Source: Salpingoeca rosetta
Taxonomy: Eukaryota > Protista > Choanoflagellata
DNA: 64,000 nucleotides
Direction: 5' to 3'
NCBI GenBank assembly: GCA_033442325.1
Contig: JAWQFM010000013.1
Span: 272,069 to 336,068, forward strand
Each line of letters opens with the position of its first letter. The first letter of the stretch is position 1. Positions 60,801-64,000 of the stretch are shown one piece after another. The notes beneath the pieces were generated by a model. The model made no database searches. It was not told the DNA's origin and saw nothing but the letters and a program-made list of their open reading frames with translations. Made by a program: the position numbers and the translations under genes.

Positions 60801-63800
60801 CACGCACGGGCTCAGTGAACACCAGCACCAGACTTCCCAGTGTCATGTCGACTTCGTACGACACAAGCCGCGGCCGGCGAGTGTCCGCCCGGACGGTCTT
60901 GGCCTGAAGCGCCCCTGTGGCCAGTACCTCGTTGCCGCTAACATCCGTCAGGCCTGTACCAGCGTTCAATGCAAGGAACGTGTCTGCCGTTGTTCGGCCG
61001 ATGCCATCCGACAACTGCACCTGGAAAGCATCGTTTGAGCTCAGTGTGATGTTGACACGCCGCGAGACACCGGCGTCTACAACCCGTGACCCAGAGAGCG
61101 TCAGCGCCGTGTCATTGCTTTGCAGAATCACCGAGGACGGCAGCGTGACGTACCGACGGGCCAGCTCAGTCGTGTTAAGCACCTTGTCAAAGGTCAGAAC
61201 CAGCACCTCCGCAGTCATGTCCAGCTCAAACCCAAGCAGCACTGGCGCACGCGAGTCTCGTGCAAACACCGAGACTCTCAGCCCCGTGGTGGCGACGAGC
61301 GCATTCGCGGCAGTGTCTGTCGCTGCCGCTGACCCTGCAGACAGGAAGCAGCTGTCAGCGCTCAGGCACAGGCCTGGCACAGAGTGGATGGCGTCCGCCA
61401 GTTCGGCACTCAGTTTCACTGTGACGATTGTGTCATAGGCGGACAGCTCCACGCCCACAACACCGCCGTCGAGCGTAACACCGATGGGAGCTGTCGCACT
61501 CGCAAGCAGCGCAACGTGCTGCTCCTGCAGTGACGCCCGCGGCACCGGCTCGGACATGTTCAGCGTCAGCAACAGGGCTGTCATGTTCAGGTTGAACGAA
61601 AGCAGCTCGGGCGGAGTGGCATCACCTTCAAAGGCCGTGGCCACTAGTGCGCTGCGTCGTGCAAGCGCAACCATGCGGTTGCCGGCCATGTCTGCGACAA
61701 AGCCAGCCGCAGCCACCAATCTGGAGGAAGCGATTGCCTCACCAACCCCTTGCGTCGTCTTCAAGGCCCACAAGGCCTGTTCTGACAGCTTTACGGTGGC
61801 CTGCAGTGCCCCGGATCCCACGTTCGCACCAGCTGGAACTGACACCCGACTACCCGCGGGCACTGTAAAGCTGGCTGTGTCAGTCGCGTTGGTCGCAGTC
61901 AGGGTGAGGGCACTCGCGTTTAGCATGGCAACATCAACAACCTCGGAGAATGACAGGTCAATGACGCCCAGCTCGCGGCTGAAGTTAAAACCGACCAACG
62001 CGGGCGGTGTTCCGTCAGCTACCACGCGTGTGGCTTGAAGTGCAGCTCCACGAACAACCGCCAGGATGGCAGCACCATCCAATCCTGTGAGCGCCTCGCC
62101 ACTCGCCACCAAGAACGTGTTGTTCCGGGAGGTTGCCAGGGCGCGCTGGCCCTTGATCGCGTTCAGGTCCTCCTCAGCCAGGATCACCGTGACACTGAAT
62201 CCGTCACGGCTGTTCGTGTTGGAGCTGGCTGCCAGCAGGGTGTGCGAAACCAGCGTGCCTGCCTGTGTGGCGGCGTCCGCATCGCCGACGTTCTGAAGCC
62301 TGAGCTCCTCCGCTCTCAGGCTTTGCGCGCTAACGGCGGCGCTCAGGGTCAGCTTGAGCACACCCTCGTCGAGATCGAGCTCAACACCAACAATGCTTGC
62401 ACGTCCTGCGCTGACGTAACTGGTACAAGCAAGCGCAGATGTTCTGTTTGCGAGGAGGTTACCTGCCATGTCCTGCACAGCACCCGCATCCATGAATGCA
62501 TACGAGGTGTCCTGAGACACGGCAATGTCCAGTCGCGTGGAGATGGCCTCAAGCTGTGCTGAGGACAGTGCAACCACGAGCCCGGTCTTCGTCGCACCAT
62601 CGCGGTAGCTCACCCGCAGCGGGGCTTCAGACAAGCGCAAACTGCCCACGAAGCTCGCGGGAGCACTGCCACCGGCTGTCGCGTTGACCAGCACGATCCT
62701 TGACACATCCAAGCTCGACGCATTGACTGGTTCATTGAACTCAAGCTCAAGAATACCGCGCGTGAGATCGAGCAGAGCAACCTCAGTCAACTCGGGGCCG
62801 GTCGCATCTCCAATGAGCGTTCCAACAGGCACTGCGCTTTGAGCGGAGTTGTCATTCCCAAACACATCAGCAGCAAATCCATTGTCGGTTCTCAGGAAGC
62901 AAGATGCTGGCGTTGTGCACAGGCCCGCGGCCGCCAGCGCCTTGATGCCGTTTGCGTCACCCTCTTCAAGGCTCAACGTGAAGCTGCGCAGGTCTGCACT
63001 TGAGCTCAGTACACTTCCTCGAAGCTGTACATCCCACGAAGTTGAGTTCCCATTGGCGGAAATGCTGCCCAGGCGAGAGTCAATGCTGTCGCGGGCAACC
63101 GGCTCGTCAAACCGCACGCCGAACGTACCTGCGTCCAGGTTCAGGCTGAACTCGAGCACACTGGGACCGGTGTTGTCCAAGACAAGCAGGGGGGTGTCCC
63201 GCTCTGGATCCGAAGCGGTGCTGGGCTCAATCCCAACGACGGCGTTTCCGCTTGCGTCCATGATGGCCCCATCCATAAGTCGCAGCCAGCACGATGCTGC
63301 GGAGACACACAGCGATGAGCGAAGCTTGATGCCAGCGGCGTCCTCAAGGCTGAGCGTGAGTGTCAGCAGGGTGCCTGAAGCTCCAACATCCACTCGCTCT
63401 GGTTCAGACAACACCAGCACATCTGACGTGTGACCCGGGAAAGCAGCACCCTCCAACTTCAGCTGCGTCGCGTTCAGGCTGGTCTCATCCATGGGCTCCG
63501 AAAATGACAACACAAGCTCCCGCGAGTTCAAGTCCAAAACCACAAATCCAACCAGTGTTGGTCGGGACACGTCGGGCTCAAGTACGCTGGGCCGAGCCGT
63601 TTCATTCAACGAAACCGGAGCCGAGGCAACGCGGAAGTGGTTTTGGACAAACCCAGCTGTCAGGCCCAAACAACACGCGTCTCGTGCGAGGCACACACGA
63701 GCAAACTGCATTTCTTCGGCCATGCTGTCAGCGATGGCAATGGCCACGCCATCTTGCTCGTACCTTATGGAGGTTGCATTGGCACCTGACACAAACACGG

Positions 63801-64000
63801 CGCTGCTCTCGTTTCCACCAGGGACAAAACCACCGTGTAGCGCAGCTGCGTGCACAACAGTGGAAATTTGGCTGCCATCACGGGAGCAGTTGCTCAGCGT
63901 CAGCACGCTCTCCAGACCAAGGGTTGTGGTGTTCACTGGTTCATCAAACACGAGCGTGACCCCCACATTCTCATCAGTCCACGTCACATTGAAAGCGAGC
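57883..64000 (-). CDS. Giant extracellular repeat protein (>2030 aa, N-terminus outside window): about 16 tandem ~135-aa beta-rich Ig-like repeats
   Basis: Uninterrupted ORF open to the window edge. Repeat consensus D..(P/A)P.L..F.LD(M/L)..G.L.L.F.E.V...S.....L......G.....L...D...K......T.L....G.V.D..GN; many N-x-S/T sequons; Cys pairs in some repeats. Confidence 0.88.
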   Translation of the reverse strand, partial: LAFNVTWTDENVGVTLVFDEPVNTTTLGLESVLTLSNCSRDGSQISTVVHAAALHGGFVPGGNESSAVFVSGANATSIRYEQDGVAIAIADSMAEEMQFARVCLARDACCLGLTAGFVQNHFRVASAPVSLNETARPSVLEPDVSRPTLVGFVVLDLNSRELVLSFSEPMDETSLNATQLKLEGAAFPGHTSDVLVLSEPERVDVGASGTLLTLTLSLEDAAGIKLRSSLCVSAASCWLRLMDGAIMDASGNAVVGIEPSTASDPERDTPLLVLDNTGPSVLEFSLNLDAGTFGVRFDEPVARDSIDSRLGSISANGNSTSWDVQLRGSVLSSSADLRSFTLSLEEGDANGIKALAAAGLCTTPASCFLRTDNGFAADVFGNDNSAQSAVPVGTLIGDATGPELTEVALLDLTRGILELEFNEPVNASSLDVSRIVLVNATAGGSAPASFVGSLRLSEAPLRVSYRDGATKTGLVVALSSAQLEAISTRLDIAVSQDTSYAFMDAGAVQDMAGNLLANRTSALACTSYVSAGRASIVGVELDLDEGVLKLTLSAAVSAQSLRAEELRLQNVGDADAATQAGTLVSHTLLAASSNTNSRDGFSVTVILAEEDLNAIKGQRALATSRNNTFLVASGEALTGLDGAAILAVVRGAALQATRVVADGTPPALVGFNFSRELGVIDLSFSEVVDVAMLNASALTLTATNATDTASFTVPAGSRVSVPAGANVGSGALQATVKLSEQALWALKTTQGVGEAIASSRLVAAAGFVADMAGNRMVALARRSALVATAFEGDATPPELLSFNLNMTALLLTLNMSEPVPRASLQEQHVALLASATAPIGVTLDGGVVGVELSAYDTIVTVKLSAELADAIHSVPGLCLSADSCFLSAGSAAATDTAANALVATTGLRVSVFARDSRAPVLLGFELDMTAEVLVLTFDKVLNTTELARRYVTLPSSVILQSNDTALTLSGSRVVDAGVSRRVNITLSSNDAFQVQLSDGIGRTTADTFLALNAGTGLTDVSGNEVLATGALQAKTVRADTRRPRLVSYEVDMTLGSLVLVFTEPVRVSSVDATALTLVGAGGGRNVTLRGGNVRGDNGLRIELRMTRGDLDAVKASGGLFANASNTGLLMAAHLCDDMAGNALEPVLAPLQASAFVQDVNQPLLVEFDLNMNSRVLTLVFNESVDVGTLNVSAIVLEPNSSSAAAGSGHRLQGGHVAGTDVLARRIDVALESADVDVLTQKRIAVSRERAWLSHASGLVQDRAGRRAVARGSEGSGVSALGALLCANFTTDTTAPVLVDFTLSLTSNELWLTFSETVVGASLDLSRVVLQNVTNATANTFPVVTTVTTANGPVRVVSGNELRFEAVRLGSGSQVADGQPWAFPVLRVELAFEDVERLRASLSLAVSRESTFLRYDAEAFSDVFAQRAGALTADEAAACGAFERDGVAPRVVAVGVDLSQRGHANVTLEFSETVDVQSLQVTAISFLNITTGALDAGAVTLRRAGTGVQQEGGFILAGYGRHVSLSLSAADLQALQLRPSLVATQNRTLVQVAAGAVTDTAGNAISATEAFVPVVFLSDESGPVLDAFELDMDDGVLVLTFDEVVAVDTFDVSAVVLLSNASVDVVDRDGRATSNETWFRLTPDSEAHGWSGSSLSADLLSTQIAVVLGADDLNELKARRSVASNAATSVLVLAAGAVADGFGNTNEAIHATRNLQPARFVADVTGPVLRRFALDMNEALLEMTFDEPVLASSLNASLLVIQGVANSALAGATQLRLGTNGTKVSYGATALVLRMALADADVYLLKARGGLATARASTYLRADAGFVRDTASNAAVGTPHSTALGVSSDFVADSVPPALLRFTFDLDSAVVQLTFSEPVASGTLDATKMFVAGAPLSTGGDTGYRAASETAGAEYVEMHVLRVDLTGAFIGTLKLDAAVATAQENTWLVGERGFVRDMQGNQADPEAGVMAAGYHGDDTRPSVAGYVIDMTSGMLTLTFDDVVNARSFDRSGLSFVPFSDEGQSGGGGTDQTSVVALEP

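Noticed and set aside
58078-63959. Long + strand ORFs antisense to the giant repeat gene (also those antisense to 12106-16869 and to the EFG1 tail)
   Set aside because: Shadow ORFs expected from GC-rich codon usage; no motifs of their own.

Overview
Intron-dense, microsatellite-rich eukaryotic DNA. Short GT-AG introns full of (GT)n/(CA)n, GC-rich exons and holozoan-type genes point to a choanoflagellate such as Salpingoeca rosetta (inference, not verified). Almost all short ORFs in the six-frame track are microsatellite artefacts, so genes were rebuilt by manual splicing. In order: 3' part of a BSD-domain gene (+); a GEX1/KAR5/Brambleberry nuclear-fusion gene (-) interrupted by a ~280-bp compositionally alien segment; ribose-5-phosphate isomerase A (-); an intronless 4.8-kb secreted mosaic gene of bacterial appearance (GSDH/PQQ-type propeller, PKD/Ig, LamG-like, Ig, Thr-mucin, LamG-like) (+); EFG1 (-) head-to-head with NDFIP/Bsd2 (+); NUP210/gp210 (+); an EF-hand-like/coiled-coil protein (-) head-to-head with a PRIP/PLCL-like phospholipase C that retains both catalytic histidines (+); and >6 kb of an intronless giant protein made of about 16 tandem ~135-aa Ig-like repeats running off the right edge (-). 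Most notable: the two intronless extracellular genes, the apparently catalytically competent PRIP-like PLC, the GEX1 homologue, and introns with 5' (GT)n / 3' (CA)n complementary tracts. No rRNA, tRNA, CRISPR or recognisable transposase was seen. Exon boundaries are manual and approximate.
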